The notes beneath the pieces are model-generated. The model was not told where the DNA came from. It saw only the letters and a list, made by a program, of their open reading frames with translations, and did no database searches. DNA of 64,000 nt from Deltaproteobacteria bacterium. GTDB lineage: Bacteria > Desulfobacterota > Desulfomonilia > UBA1062. The translations under genes were made by a program, and so were the position numbers. Below are positions 49,361 through 58,938 of the stretch, in pieces. The stretch's first letter is position 1, and every line of letters starts with the position of its first letter. The stretch spans positions 61,023-125,022 of the forward strand of contig WFSG01000033.1 in assembly GCA_015486075.1 (NCBI GenBank), read 5' to 3'.

Positions 49361-49834
49361 CTAATCTTCCTCCTTGATGTACTGCATGGACGTCTTCTTG
49401 AGCTCTCTTTTGGTCCAATATACCCTGTATTTTTTAAACCCAAGCAAGGAGATGGCCTTTTCTATTGTTTTCTCAACATCCTTTTTGTTCCTTCCATGTA
49501 TCATTGTGAACAGGTTGTAGTCATCAAGACCATGCCTTTCGTAACAATGTGATATATTATCCATGGATGAAAGGGCCTTTGCAGTATCAGACAGCCGGTT
49601 ATCTGGTACTGACCAAACAACCATGGCGTTGGCGCCCATGTTTATCCTGTAGTGCCTGACAACAGCCTTGAATCCCCTAATGATGCCCTTATCTTTCAGT
49701 TCCAGTATCTTTTCAATTAAAGTGTCTGCATCAAGGCCTGTCTCACTTGCCAGTTCGTCAAAGGGCATCTCTTCCATGGGCAAGTCTCCCTGTACGAGTT
49801 TTAGTATAAGCTGGTCTGTTTTATCCAGTTTCAT
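49361..49834 (-). CDS. ahbB: Siroheme decarboxylase subunit (AhbB/NirH-type, Lrp/AsnC fold)
   Basis: QGDLP....PF..LA, NAMVVW, SHCYER, YNLFTMIHG. Adjacent to hemL. Confidence 0.8.
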   Translation of the reverse strand: MKLDKTDQLILKLVQGDLPMEEMPFDELASETGLDADTLIEKILELKDKGIIRGFKAVVRHYRINMGANAMVVWSVPDNRLSDTAKALSSMDNISHCYERHGLDDYNLFTMIHGRNKKDVEKTIEKAISLLGFKKYRVYWTKRELKKTSMQYIKEED

Positions 49835-50967
49835 GGCCTATTCTTGGCCTCCTGTCCCTGAACTTGGATCAGGCGTGGTTTTCCGGCTTTTCCTTTTCTG
49901 TTTAGGACCTTTCCTTGTTTTAACACTATCATGTAAGAGTGCATGGCATATTTATTGTCTCTTTTTCTTCTAGCAGTAACGATAATCCTGTTCACCTTTC
50001 TGTGAAGTATTATCGGTCCCTTGCACATAAGTAAGCCGGTTTTAGGATTGAAAAGGGTATTTAGCCTGCCTTTTTCTGAGAGAAACATCTGGACCTGGCC
50101 AGGGAAAAAGAGTCTAGGCTTGTCAAGCACTATCCTTATGCTATCTATGCTGTTGCCGTTGATCCTTCCAGGTCCGGGTGAACAGGCATTTATATGCAGC
50201 GGGGGTCTTTCAAGTTTTTCCTCGAACATGATCATGTCCACGTTGCTACCAACTATGGCCTGCCTGGGAAGTGCGTCTGGGGGGCTTGACCTGTCAATAC
50301 TACCTGGGTCGGAGGTAAACATTAGCTCGTAGCCTGCACGAAGGCCCACCTTTCTTATGTAGTTGTCGTATTCCCCGAATGGATAGGCGAACCACCTTAC
50401 GCTTGAGCCTAGTTTCTTTTCCATCACCATCTTGGAATGAACCAGCTCTTTGACTACTTCCTCGCGGGATACATCCACCATGTGGGGGTGAGTGAAGCTA
50501 TGGCAACCTACGTCTCCTCCGTGTGCCCGGATATACCTGAGCTGATCCCATGACATACATTTTCTTGATCCAACAGCACATGTTGATATAAAAATAGTAT
50601 AGGGAAAACCATACTCGTTGAGGATGGGTATAGCCTTTGTATAGGCAGACTTGTAGCCATCATCAATGGTTATCACCACTGCCTTTTCCGGGAATGTTTT
50701 TTTGCCTTTAATGCACATTGCCAATTCTGATGTAGATATAACCTTGTAATCGTTAGCCTTCAGATAGGCCATCTGTTTGGCAAACAGGCTGGAGGGTATA
50801 GATGTTGAAGGAGAGTCCTTCTCGTCGAACTTGTGATAGAGAAGCACTACCACATAAGGCTCTGCATTTAGTTCCTGGGCGGGAAGAAGACAGGGGAGTA
50901 AGGCAATTATAATGGCATACAGGAGTACAGTGCTCCTGGTCTTTGGCAATACTATGATCCTTTCCAA
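49831..50967 (-). CDS. Secreted polysaccharide deacetylase (CE4/NodB)
   Basis: Signal-like N-terminus, LLYH, ITIDDG, HSFTHP, FAYPFG. Confidence 0.9.
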   Translation of the reverse strand: MERIIVLPKTRSTVLLYAIIIALLPCLLPAQELNAEPYVVVLLYHKFDEKDSPSTSIPSSLFAKQMAYLKANDYKVISTSELAMCIKGKKTFPEKAVVITIDDGYKSAYTKAIPILNEYGFPYTIFISTCAVGSRKCMSWDQLRYIRAHGGDVGCHSFTHPHMVDVSREEVVKELVHSKMVMEKKLGSSVRWFAYPFGEYDNYIRKVGLRAGYELMFTSDPGSIDRSSPPDALPRQAIVGSNVDMIMFEEKLERPPLHINACSPGPGRINGNSIDSIRIVLDKPRLFFPGQVQMFLSEKGRLNTLFNPKTGLLMCKGPIILHRKVNRIIVTARRKRDNKYAMHSYMIVLKQGKVLNRKGKAGKPRLIQVQGQEAKNRP

Positions 50968-51767
50968 TAGTTTAGTGTGAACCAGTTTCCCCTAGGATCG
51001 TATTTATAGTACATCCCAGTTACAAGCCTGTCATATTTCCTGAGATTATTAACCCTTATTATCCTTACGATCTTATGCACATAAGTATTACCCTGTTCTG
51101 AGTAATTTTTCAATCCCCTTGCTAGAATTAAAGGATCAAATGGAGGATCCATCTCTTGCCTAATTTTTCTGAGCTCCACATACATGGGGTGCGAGTTTAT
51201 GTTGAGGATATGGTAGTCTATGCACGATTGAAGATCCTTGAACACGGAAATCCTTACACCATCCATTCTCTCGGAAGGCACTATACCCCTGTTAGACAAT
51301 GTTCTTATGCCAAAGATGTTGTTGGCCTCCAGGGAAAATCTGGACCTTCCCCACCCGGACTCCAGTGCTGCCTGTGCAATAACAAGAGACGGTGGGAGAA
51401 TATCGACCCTTGATAGAAGTTTTTGTATCCTTTTATCGTAGTCTATGGTATCCACCCTGTACTTCCTTGATAGTCTGAGTATGAATCTCTTGTCTTGTCC
51501 ACTAGCCTTTGCTTTTTTTCTTGCTATCTCTATAATCCTTGATCTCTCCCATGCCACCTTTTCGTTGGACTTTATAACAAGTGGTAGGATTTTATTTACG
51601 AACTTAAACTTATGAGAGCTTGAATTAAGCGGCAAGGGATAACTAGCTAAGTGGAATCTGGGGTTTATTTGTCTTTTATCATGCTTAAGCTGTACCTCTA
51701 AAGCAGCAGATATCACAGTACACACTATAACAATGACAGCGATTGCATAAATAGATGTCTTTTTCAC
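50952..51767 (-). CDS. Glucosaminidase-domain (Bax-like) protein
   Basis: LLSRVD..PPSLVIAQAALESGWG.SRF..EANN.FG, Y...N.N.H..Y..LR, GL.NYSE.G..Y. Confidence 0.88.
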   Translation of the reverse strand: MKKTSIYAIAVIVIVCTVISAALEVQLKHDKRQINPRFHLASYPLPLNSSSHKFKFVNKILPLVIKSNEKVAWERSRIIEIARKKAKASGQDKRFILRLSRKYRVDTIDYDKRIQKLLSRVDILPPSLVIAQAALESGWGRSRFSLEANNIFGIRTLSNRGIVPSERMDGVRISVFKDLQSCIDYHILNINSHPMYVELRKIRQEMDPPFDPLILARGLKNYSEQGNTYVHKIVRIIRVNNLRKYDRLVTGMYYKYDPRGNWFTLNYWKGS

Positions 51768-51838
51768 GAGAGACCCTTAGTTATTTTCCTTCTTAAACTG
51801 CTTTTCGTAAACTCTCATTATATCTTTAATAATTACAC

Positions 51839-51866
51839 TTGACAAGCACCAATAGCGTTATATTTT
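51839..51866 (+). promoter_or_regulatory. Putative sigma70 promoter of pfk
   Basis: TTGACA-N16-TATTTT in the divergent intergenic gap, followed by GGAGG RBS. Confidence 0.4.
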
Positions 51867-51895
51867 GATTGTAAAAGTAATGCATGGAGGTAGTG

Positions 51896-53062
51896 ATGAG
51901 GCTAGCTATACTCACTGGAGGAGGTGATGTCCCGGGATTAAATCCTTGTATCAAGTCCTTTGTTAACAGGGCGGTGGATGATGGACACGAGATCATTGGG
52001 TTCAAGCGGGGCTGGGCCGGGCTTGTTAATTATAACCCCGAGCTATCCCTAGACGATAATTTTGAGCATGCTATCAGGTTAAATAAGGCAGTGGTACGCA
52101 CTGTTGACAGAACAGGCGGAACATTTTTGCATACGTCCAGAACCAATCCTGGAAGGCTGAAAGCCAAAGATATCCCCAGCGCATTGAAAGGGATGGTAGA
52201 GGTGGATGAGAACGATGACAACAGATCCTATGACCTTACCATGCATGTGTTAAGGGTTATAGAAAGCCTCAAGATAGATGTGCTCGTACCCATAGGGGGA
52301 GATGATACCCTGAGCTATGCAGATAGGCTCCACAGGGAAGGTGTACACGTAAACGCAATTCCAAAGACAATGGATAATGACGTGTATGGCACTGATTACT
52401 GTATAGGGTTCTCAACGGCCGTATCCAGGAGTGAGCAATTTATACAAACACTGAGGACAACTGCAGGTTCCCATGAACGTATAGCAATAATAGAACTCTT
52501 TGGACGCAATTCAGGCGAGACGTCCCTAATGACCGCTTACCTTGCGGATGTAGACAGGGCGATCATCTCGGAGGTACCCTTTGATCCGGAGAAACTTGCG
52601 GAGTTTCTTTTGAAGGACAAGCTTTCAAACCCCAGTAATTACGCCATGATGACCATATCCGAAGGTGCATCCATACTTGGCGGCAGGCCTGTTGAATTTG
52701 GTGAAGAGGATTCTTATGGCCACAAGAAACTGGGAGGTATTGGTTTTATAACGTCAAGGATACTTAAGAGACTCACGAACCAAGATGTATTCTACCAGCA
52801 GCTTGCCTATCTGATGAGAAGCGGTGCACCAGATTCGGTTGACTTAATGGTTGGTTTTAACTTTGCGCAGCTTGCAATGGACCTCATAAATAGGGGTAGT
52901 TTCGGGCGCATGGTCGCTATTCAGAACGGTATATACACGCATATACCACTGAGCACTCTAACAAGCGGGGTAAAGAGGGTAAACGTGGATGACCTCTACG
53001 ATGTGGACGAATACAGACCCAAGATACGTTCCATCGAGGGTAAACCCTTATTTCTTTATTGA
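51896..53062 (+). CDS. pfkA: 6-phosphofructokinase family, probably PPi-dependent
   Basis: [38 protein letters not shown]. Confidence 0.9.
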   Translation: MRLAILTGGGDVPGLNPCIKSFVNRAVDDGHEIIGFKRGWAGLVNYNPELSLDDNFEHAIRLNKAVVRTVDRTGGTFLHTSRTNPGRLKAKDIPSALKGMVEVDENDDNRSYDLTMHVLRVIESLKIDVLVPIGGDDTLSYADRLHREGVHVNAIPKTMDNDVYGTDYCIGFSTAVSRSEQFIQTLRTTAGSHERIAIIELFGRNSGETSLMTAYLADVDRAIISEVPFDPEKLAEFLLKDKLSNPSNYAMMTISEGASILGGRPVEFGEEDSYGHKKLGGIGFITSRILKRLTNQDVFYQQLAYLMRSGAPDSVDLMVGFNFAQLAMDLINRGSFGRMVAIQNGIYTHIPLSTLTSGVKRVNVDDLYDVDEYRPKIRSIEGKPLFLY

Positions 53063-53096
53063 GTGCAAGTCCCAATGGGAAAGGTGTAGGGTAGAT

Positions 53097-53187
53097 ACAG
53101 GTTCCAGGTGTCGGGTGTCGGGTTCCAGGTATCGGGTCTCGGGTAAATAACCCTGAGAACTGATCGCTGAAGGCTGAGGGCTAAAGC
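53097..53187. repeat. Two abutting 7-bp-period tandem arrays
   Basis: ACAGGTT CCAGGTG TCGGGTG TCGGGTT CCAGGTA TCGGGTC TCGGGTA (53097-53145), then CTGAGAA CTGATCG CTGAAGG CTGAGGG CTAAAGC (53153-53187). Confidence 0.85.
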
Positions 53188-53260
53188 TTGGTTTGGGAGA
53201 ACTAGAACCTAGCAAAGCCATTGAAATATTGTAATTAGATTATATCTAGGGAGGTCAATA

Positions 53261-54619
53261 ATGACTGAAAGAATAAGTGCTTTTCACGCGGAGAGATGTG
53301 ACATTTGCGGGGAGTGCCTGCACAGGTGCCCGGTACTAGAGCTGCCTCTTGCAGAGGCAAAGGAGGAATTCAGGAATTTAGTCGAAGGAAGGAAATCAAG
53401 CTACGTTCTGGACAAGTGTACCACGTGCTTTTCCTGCAACCTTTACTGCCCTCAGAATGCGAACCCATACCAGCTTATCCTGGAGAGGTGGAATGATAGG
53501 TATAAACAGAGGGGAGCACCACCTCTTTACAAGTTTGTCTGTCCAACCGAGGAACCCAATATATGGCAACTTATGAACATATTCTTTTCGGATAGAGAAA
53601 AGCAGTGGGTCTCCGAATGGATGAACTATATCCCTGGTCCTGAAGACGTAGTGCTTCTGGTGGGTAACTATACGCACCTCTTTCCATTTATACTGGGTGG
53701 GAGCAGGCTTCTCGACTATTTCAAGCCCATAGACAGGATAGATCAGTGGGAAGGTGGGGCATATTTGTACCAGGCAGGCTACCTGGACCTGGTCAAAGAG
53801 GTAGCCGAGAGGACGAAAAAGGATTTCGATACTTGGGGTGTCAAGACTGTTGTCCCCTTGCTTGATGCTGTCTACAGGATATTTACGGAAGTTCATCCCA
53901 GGGAAATGGGAGTGGAACATTCCCAGTCCTTTATAAACTTTCACGATTGGCTCCTTGAAAACATAGATTCAGGGGAGATAAGACTGGAGAACAAGCTTAA
54001 CCTGATGGTTACTGTTCATGATAATTGCTACTCGAAGTCAGCAGATAAACCATACTGGGACGCACCGAGGGAAATACTTAGGAGGTGTGGTTGCAAGATA
54101 CTGGAGATGGAACATAATAGAAAGGATTCACTTTGTTGCGGATTTGGTGCAGGTGCATCCTGGGTCAGGAACATCTCCATACCGTTCGACATAATACACG
54201 AGGGGACAAAGAAGTTTAGGGAGGCAGAGGCAACAGGTGCTGATGCACTTGTGTCTTACTGTGGGGGCTGCATATACCTTCTCTGGGCAGCAAGAGAACT
54301 CCTTGGTTCTAAGATAGGGGTTTATCACATGGTGGAGATAGTAAGAATGGCCATGGGGGAGACTATAAACTATCCTAGTGACCACGTGGAAAGGGCGTGG
54401 GATATAATATCAATCATAACGTACCAGCTTATTGTGTCCTTGTTTCAGAAGAATTTTTATATAGAGAGGCTTACCTTTGATGAAGGTATGAGTACATTCA
54501 AACCAAGGGGAAGATACTTACTTCTCAGGATGATAAGGAAGGTACTTAGCTTCAGCCTAACAAGGAAGGCCTATGCTGCTATGTTCAGGATGATCATGCC
54601 TTTAATAAGCACGCGTTAA
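53261..54619 (+). CDS. 4Fe-4S dicluster + CCG-domain protein (HdrD/GlpC-like Fe-S oxidoreductase)
   Basis: CDICGECLHRCP, CTTCFSCNLYCP, HDNCY, SLCCGFG, YCGGC. Confidence 0.88.
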   Translation: MTERISAFHAERCDICGECLHRCPVLELPLAEAKEEFRNLVEGRKSSYVLDKCTTCFSCNLYCPQNANPYQLILERWNDRYKQRGAPPLYKFVCPTEEPNIWQLMNIFFSDREKQWVSEWMNYIPGPEDVVLLVGNYTHLFPFILGGSRLLDYFKPIDRIDQWEGGAYLYQAGYLDLVKEVAERTKKDFDTWGVKTVVPLLDAVYRIFTEVHPREMGVEHSQSFINFHDWLLENIDSGEIRLENKLNLMVTVHDNCYSKSADKPYWDAPREILRRCGCKILEMEHNRKDSLCCGFGAGASWVRNISIPFDIIHEGTKKFREAEATGADALVSYCGGCIYLLWAARELLGSKIGVYHMVEIVRMAMGETINYPSDHVERAWDIISIITYQLIVSLFQKNFYIERLTFDEGMSTFKPRGRYLLLRMIRKVLSFSLTRKAYAAMFRMIMPLISTR

Positions 54620-54727
54620 CAAGGTTCATCATAATGCTAGAATTGTGCATGCATGTTGGCTTAAGTCTCAGGGCTTGCCCCCCAAACCCTCCTTGATATT
54701 TTTCATGTATTGGCATACCTTATTCCC

Positions 54728-55672
54728 ATGGCTAGATACGATCTTGCGCTTGCTCTAGGTGGAGGTGGTGTAAGATGCATGATGCACGTGGGCATACTAG
54801 ATGTACTTTCTAGAGAGGGTATTGTACCTGATCTCGTCGTTGGATCTAGCATAGGATCTGTAATAGGTGGTGTCTATGCTTATAGGCCCGATACAGGGTT
54901 TCTTAAAAATTTTGCAATAAGATTCTCCAATGGTATTGTAGCAAGAAAGATAGAGAGTTTTCTATCTACCAATCCTAGAAGTTTCGGCTCAAAACTTAGA
55001 TCTTTCGTGTCGTTTTCTATCGCATTCGTTCATTCATACTGGGATCAAGGCATGATATCACCGGATATGGTAAAGAGAGCATACAGGAATGTGGCAGGCA
55101 GGGGGATCTTGGAGAGCAGAAAATTTCTCGTGGAGGATGCAGAGATCAGTCTGGGTATACTTACAACTGATGTGATATCAGGTGACGCAGTTATAATCAC
55201 AACAGGAGACATGCCAGATGCAATGTATGCATCAAGTGCAATGCCCGGGGTATGCAAGCCCTTGAAATCGAAAGGTATGCTCTTAATGGATGGTGGTATA
55301 ATAAGTCTTCTACCTGTAATGGCAGCACATATACTTGGTGCTAGGAGGATAATAGCTCTTGATAGCGAAGCTCGTATGAGGGGTCCTGTATACAATAATT
55401 CTATAGAGATGTTGGACAAGGCCTCGGAGATCAGGGGATATAGGTGGAACCTGGTGGAGAGATCTCTGGCCGATCTGGTGATATCGGCCAAGCAGGTGAA
55501 GGACTTTGAATGGTTCCAGTTCAGCAAGGCTGCAACGTGTATTGTTGCTGGATCTAAGGAGGCTGAAGCTATGCTAGACAAAATAATGGATCTCCTGGAT
55601 AGGCCGCCTGATTCTGAGTTGATGGAGAGGAGAGCCGCACTAGAAAGATTTTATCCTCATAGGATAATTTGA
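54728..55672 (+). CDS. Patatin-like phospholipase
   Basis: ALGGGGVR...HVG, GSSIG, ASSAMPG, DGG. Confidence 0.9.
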   Translation: MARYDLALALGGGGVRCMMHVGILDVLSREGIVPDLVVGSSIGSVIGGVYAYRPDTGFLKNFAIRFSNGIVARKIESFLSTNPRSFGSKLRSFVSFSIAFVHSYWDQGMISPDMVKRAYRNVAGRGILESRKFLVEDAEISLGILTTDVISGDAVIITTGDMPDAMYASSAMPGVCKPLKSKGMLLMDGGIISLLPVMAAHILGARRIIALDSEARMRGPVYNNSIEMLDKASEIRGYRWNLVERSLADLVISAKQVKDFEWFQFSKAATCIVAGSKEAEAMLDKIMDLLDRPPDSELMERRAALERFYPHRII

Positions 55673-55687
55673 GACAAGGGAGTTCAT

Positions 55688-57052
55688 ATGGGCGATACAC
55701 TCAAAACCATACCAAAGGTGGACGCAGTGCTTAAGGAAATTGCGTTGGAAGGGCAGCCTTATTCCCAGGATGCAATAAAGCTGGTGGTGAAAGAGGTGCT
55801 ATCTGAGATAAGGTCCGGTATCCTTTCCGGCAAGTTGAAGGAAAGCCCAGATGCAGCAGGTGTGGCAAGCCTTGCATCCAGAAGACTATCTGGTGTAGTA
55901 AACCGTGGATTGCAAAGGGTAATAAACGCTTCCGGTGTTATTGTGCATACCAACCTTGGCAGGGCACCACTTGCCGAAGAGGCCATGGATGAAATAATCG
56001 AAGTTACCAAGGGATACAGCAACCTTGAATTCGATCTTGATAAGGGTTCAAGGGGATCAAGGCAGGATCACATCAATAGTATTACAAGGTACTGTTTCGG
56101 GTCAGATGCTGCCCTTGTTGTAAACAATAATGCAGCGGCCGTGCTGCTCACACTTTCTAGCCTTGCCAGGGGCAAGGAGGTGATCGTCTCAAGAGGAGAA
56201 CTCATCGAAATAGGTGGTTCGTTTAGGATGCCCGATGTGATGGCCCTGAGCTCAGCAGTACTCAAGGAGGTGGGGACAACTAACAAGACCAGGCTTGCGG
56301 ACTATGATGCAGCGATAACAGGAGATACAGCAATAATTATGAAGGTACATAGGAGTAATTTCACCATAGAAGGATTTACCGAGGATGTTGATTTAAAGTC
56401 CCTTGCCAATCTTGCTCATAACAAGGGACTTTTGTTCTACGTAGACATGGGTTCGGGTGTTTTCTTGCCCCTTGAAGACGTTGGTATAACCGGAGAGTGG
56501 ACAATAAGAGAATGTCTTGACAGGGGTGCGGATATAATAACCTTCAGCGGTGACAAGATCCTAGGCGGACCCCAGGCAGGTATTATATTAGGCAGGGAGG
56601 ATCTTGTAGACAAGATAGCAAGAAATCCCTTGCACAGGGCCGTACGCGTGGGCAAGCTTACTATAGCTGCGTTGAGCGCTACGTTGATGCTGTATCTGGT
56701 AGGTCAGTATGACAGGGTACCTGTGCTGAGGATGATATACGAGGATCCATCTGATGTGAGAAGGCGTGCTGTGTCACTTAAAAGGCGTTTGAAACTAGCA
56801 GGGTCAAGGGTGTCCCGTACATCAGCTGCCATAGGTGGTGGATCTGCTCCCACCAAGACGCTACCGTCTTACGGCCTTGTGATGGTCTCTCCTCTGTCAA
56901 ACAAGCTGCATGAAAGGCTCAGGAGGCTGAATCCACCTGTGCTATCAAGGATAGACGGTGATATGCTGATATTCGACATGAAGGCGGTGAGTGACTCAGA
57001 GATAGAAGTGCTTGCCGGCAAGATAAGGGAGGCCCTTGGGAATGTCGTTTAG
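55688..57052 (+). CDS. selA: L-seryl-tRNA(Sec) selenium transferase
   Basis: VINASGVIVHTNLGRA, YSNLEFDL..G.RG.R, VVNNNAAA, RGELIEIGGSFR.P, EVGTTNKT, DMGSG, FSGDKILGGPQAG. Confidence 0.96.
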   Translation: MGDTLKTIPKVDAVLKEIALEGQPYSQDAIKLVVKEVLSEIRSGILSGKLKESPDAAGVASLASRRLSGVVNRGLQRVINASGVIVHTNLGRAPLAEEAMDEIIEVTKGYSNLEFDLDKGSRGSRQDHINSITRYCFGSDAALVVNNNAAAVLLTLSSLARGKEVIVSRGELIEIGGSFRMPDVMALSSAVLKEVGTTNKTRLADYDAAITGDTAIIMKVHRSNFTIEGFTEDVDLKSLANLAHNKGLLFYVDMGSGVFLPLEDVGITGEWTIRECLDRGADIITFSGDKILGGPQAGIILGREDLVDKIARNPLHRAVRVGKLTIAALSATLMLYLVGQYDRVPVLRMIYEDPSDVRRRAVSLKRRLKLAGSRVSRTSAAIGGGSAPTKTLPSYGLVMVSPLSNKLHERLRRLNPPVLSRIDGDMLIFDMKAVSDSEIEVLAGKIREALGNVV

Positions 57053-57947
57053 GTGGGCCATTGCCCTGGGCGGTGGGGGTGTCAGGGGCCTTGCAAGCAT
57101 AGGTGTACTCATGGCCCTGGAAGAAGAAGGCCTAATGCCGGATATTGTTACCGGAACGAGCATGGGGGCGATTGTGGGATCAGTCTATGCCAGCAGTATG
57201 AATGCCCTTGAGACAAGGGACATTATAACAGGTTACCTTTCATCTGATGACTTTCTAAAAAAGGCACAAAGGCTCAACCTGTCTTCGGATATGGACAAGG
57301 GTTTTCTTGACGGGATATACGAGAAAGCACGGAAGGGTTACTTTTACTACAGGACACTTTTCAGGAAATCTGTTGTATCACCCGAGGCCTTCTTTTCTGG
57401 GCTTGATGCAATCATTCCTGATAAATCGTTCTCAGAACTCAGGCTTCCTTTTGCATGTGTTGCACTTGATCTCATATCAGGGTACACGTGGATACATCAT
57501 TCGGGCTCAGTAAGGCCAGCGGTGAAGTCATCGAGTGCAGTACCAGGTATACTACCCCCTGTGGAGATAGAGGGAAAAAGGTTTGTGGACGGTGGCTGGG
57601 TAGAGTCTGTACCCATTTCAGCTGCACGCTTCCTAAAGGCAGACTTTGTAGTGGGCGTTGACGTATCAAGGGATATAACACCCATAGACTATGATAAAGA
57701 GATAAAAAACAGCCTGGACATCATATTCAGAGCAGACGATATAGCACGGTCCATAATGAATACGTACAGGGTCAGGGAGGCTGATTTTGTTATACATCCA
57801 GAGGTTGGCTCTGCAAGCTGGTCTGATTTTGAAAATCTTGAGGACTATGTAATGAGAGGATATCGTTCAGCAAAGGACAGGGCCACGTCTCTGAGAAAGG
57901 CCATGCGTTCGAGAAGGATAAGGTCAGCGTTGTGGAGGAGCAAGTAA
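57042..57947 (+). CDS. Patatin-like phospholipase
   Basis: ALGGGGVRG, GTSMG, SSAVPG, DGG. Overlaps the selA stop. Confidence 0.92.
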   Translation: MSFRWAIALGGGGVRGLASIGVLMALEEEGLMPDIVTGTSMGAIVGSVYASSMNALETRDIITGYLSSDDFLKKAQRLNLSSDMDKGFLDGIYEKARKGYFYYRTLFRKSVVSPEAFFSGLDAIIPDKSFSELRLPFACVALDLISGYTWIHHSGSVRPAVKSSSAVPGILPPVEIEGKRFVDGGWVESVPISAARFLKADFVVGVDVSRDITPIDYDKEIKNSLDIIFRADDIARSIMNTYRVREADFVIHPEVGSASWSDFENLEDYVMRGYRSAKDRATSLRKAMRSRRIRSALWRSK

Positions 57948-58894
57948 ATCTCAGGGTAGGTCAAAAAGACTCTGGTATCAGGCTGGATGTGTTTCTGTCT
58001 GAGAAGCTTGGGATGACAAGGTCATCTGTAAAAAGGCTCATAGCCGAGGAACGCGTGAGAATAGGTGGTTCAGATCCAAGGCCGGCACTCAGGGTAAAGC
58101 CGGGGATGGAGGTGCAGGTCTTTAAACCGGGACCTGCGCACCTGGAAGAAAGGCTTGTAGCCCAGGATATTCCCATTTCCGTAATCTTTGAGGATGAATA
58201 TATCCTTGTAGTGGATAAGCCTGCTGGCATAGTGGTTCACCCGGGTGCAGGAAACCATGCGAATACGCTTGTGAATGCAATACTCTTCCATGTTCCTGGC
58301 GTGGCTGGAGTAGGGAGTCCGAGAAGGCCAGGCGTGGTACACCGCCTTGACAAGCTAACCTCGGGTGTAATGGTATTTGCAAAGAGACAGGATGCCTACT
58401 ACACCCTGGCAGATGCATTCAAGAGGCATGAGCATGCAAGGAAATATTATGCCTTGTGTTATGGGGAAATGCCTGAGAGAGATGGCACCATCAGAACACT
58501 CATAGGTAGGCACCCTGCTGACAGAAAGAGAATGACGTCAATGGTAACCAGGGGTAGGGAAGCAATCACACATTGGCATGTACACAGGCAATGGAAAGGG
58601 TTTTCTCTGGTGGACCTGAGCCTTGAGACAGGAAGGACTCACCAGATAAGGGTTCATCTTGCGGACATGGGTAGGCCCATAGTGGGGGATCCTATTTATG
58701 GCGGGAAAAGAAGGACTAACAGTATCCTAGATCCCTCTATAAGGACGTACGCAAGGTCCTTGGGACGTCAGATGCTACATGCATACCTGCTCGGCATGCG
58801 TCATCCAGGTACAGGAAGATGGATGGAGTTTAAATCAGACATGCCTCAAGACATGCTATATTTTATAGAACTGTTGGATAAGGCGTTATTATAA
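57932..58894 (+). CDS. rluD: RluA-family 23S rRNA pseudouridine synthase (RluD-like) with S4 domain
   Basis: RLD.FL, VDKPAG.VVHP, VHRLDK.TSG, LETGRTHQIRVH, GD..YG, Q.LHA. Confidence 0.92.
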   Translation: MEEQVNLRVGQKDSGIRLDVFLSEKLGMTRSSVKRLIAEERVRIGGSDPRPALRVKPGMEVQVFKPGPAHLEERLVAQDIPISVIFEDEYILVVDKPAGIVVHPGAGNHANTLVNAILFHVPGVAGVGSPRRPGVVHRLDKLTSGVMVFAKRQDAYYTLADAFKRHEHARKYYALCYGEMPERDGTIRTLIGRHPADRKRMTSMVTRGREAITHWHVHRQWKGFSLVDLSLETGRTHQIRVHLADMGRPIVGDPIYGGKRRTNSILDPSIRTYARSLGRQMLHAYLLGMRHPGTGRWMEFKSDMPQDMLYFIELLDKALL

Positions 58895-58909
58895 TTTGTT
58901 TGACATGTA

Positions 58910-58918
58910 TGCTATAAT
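58910..58918 (+). promoter_or_regulatory. Extended -10 promoter element upstream of dciA-like gene
   Basis: Perfect TG-C-TATAAT 20 nt upstream of ATG 58939. Confidence 0.4.
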
Positions 58919-58938
58919 AAAATAAGGGTTATGGTCTT

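Noticed and set aside
53097-53214. CRISPR array
   Set aside because: Period is 7 bp with no 25-40-bp repeats or unique spacers, and there are no cas genes.
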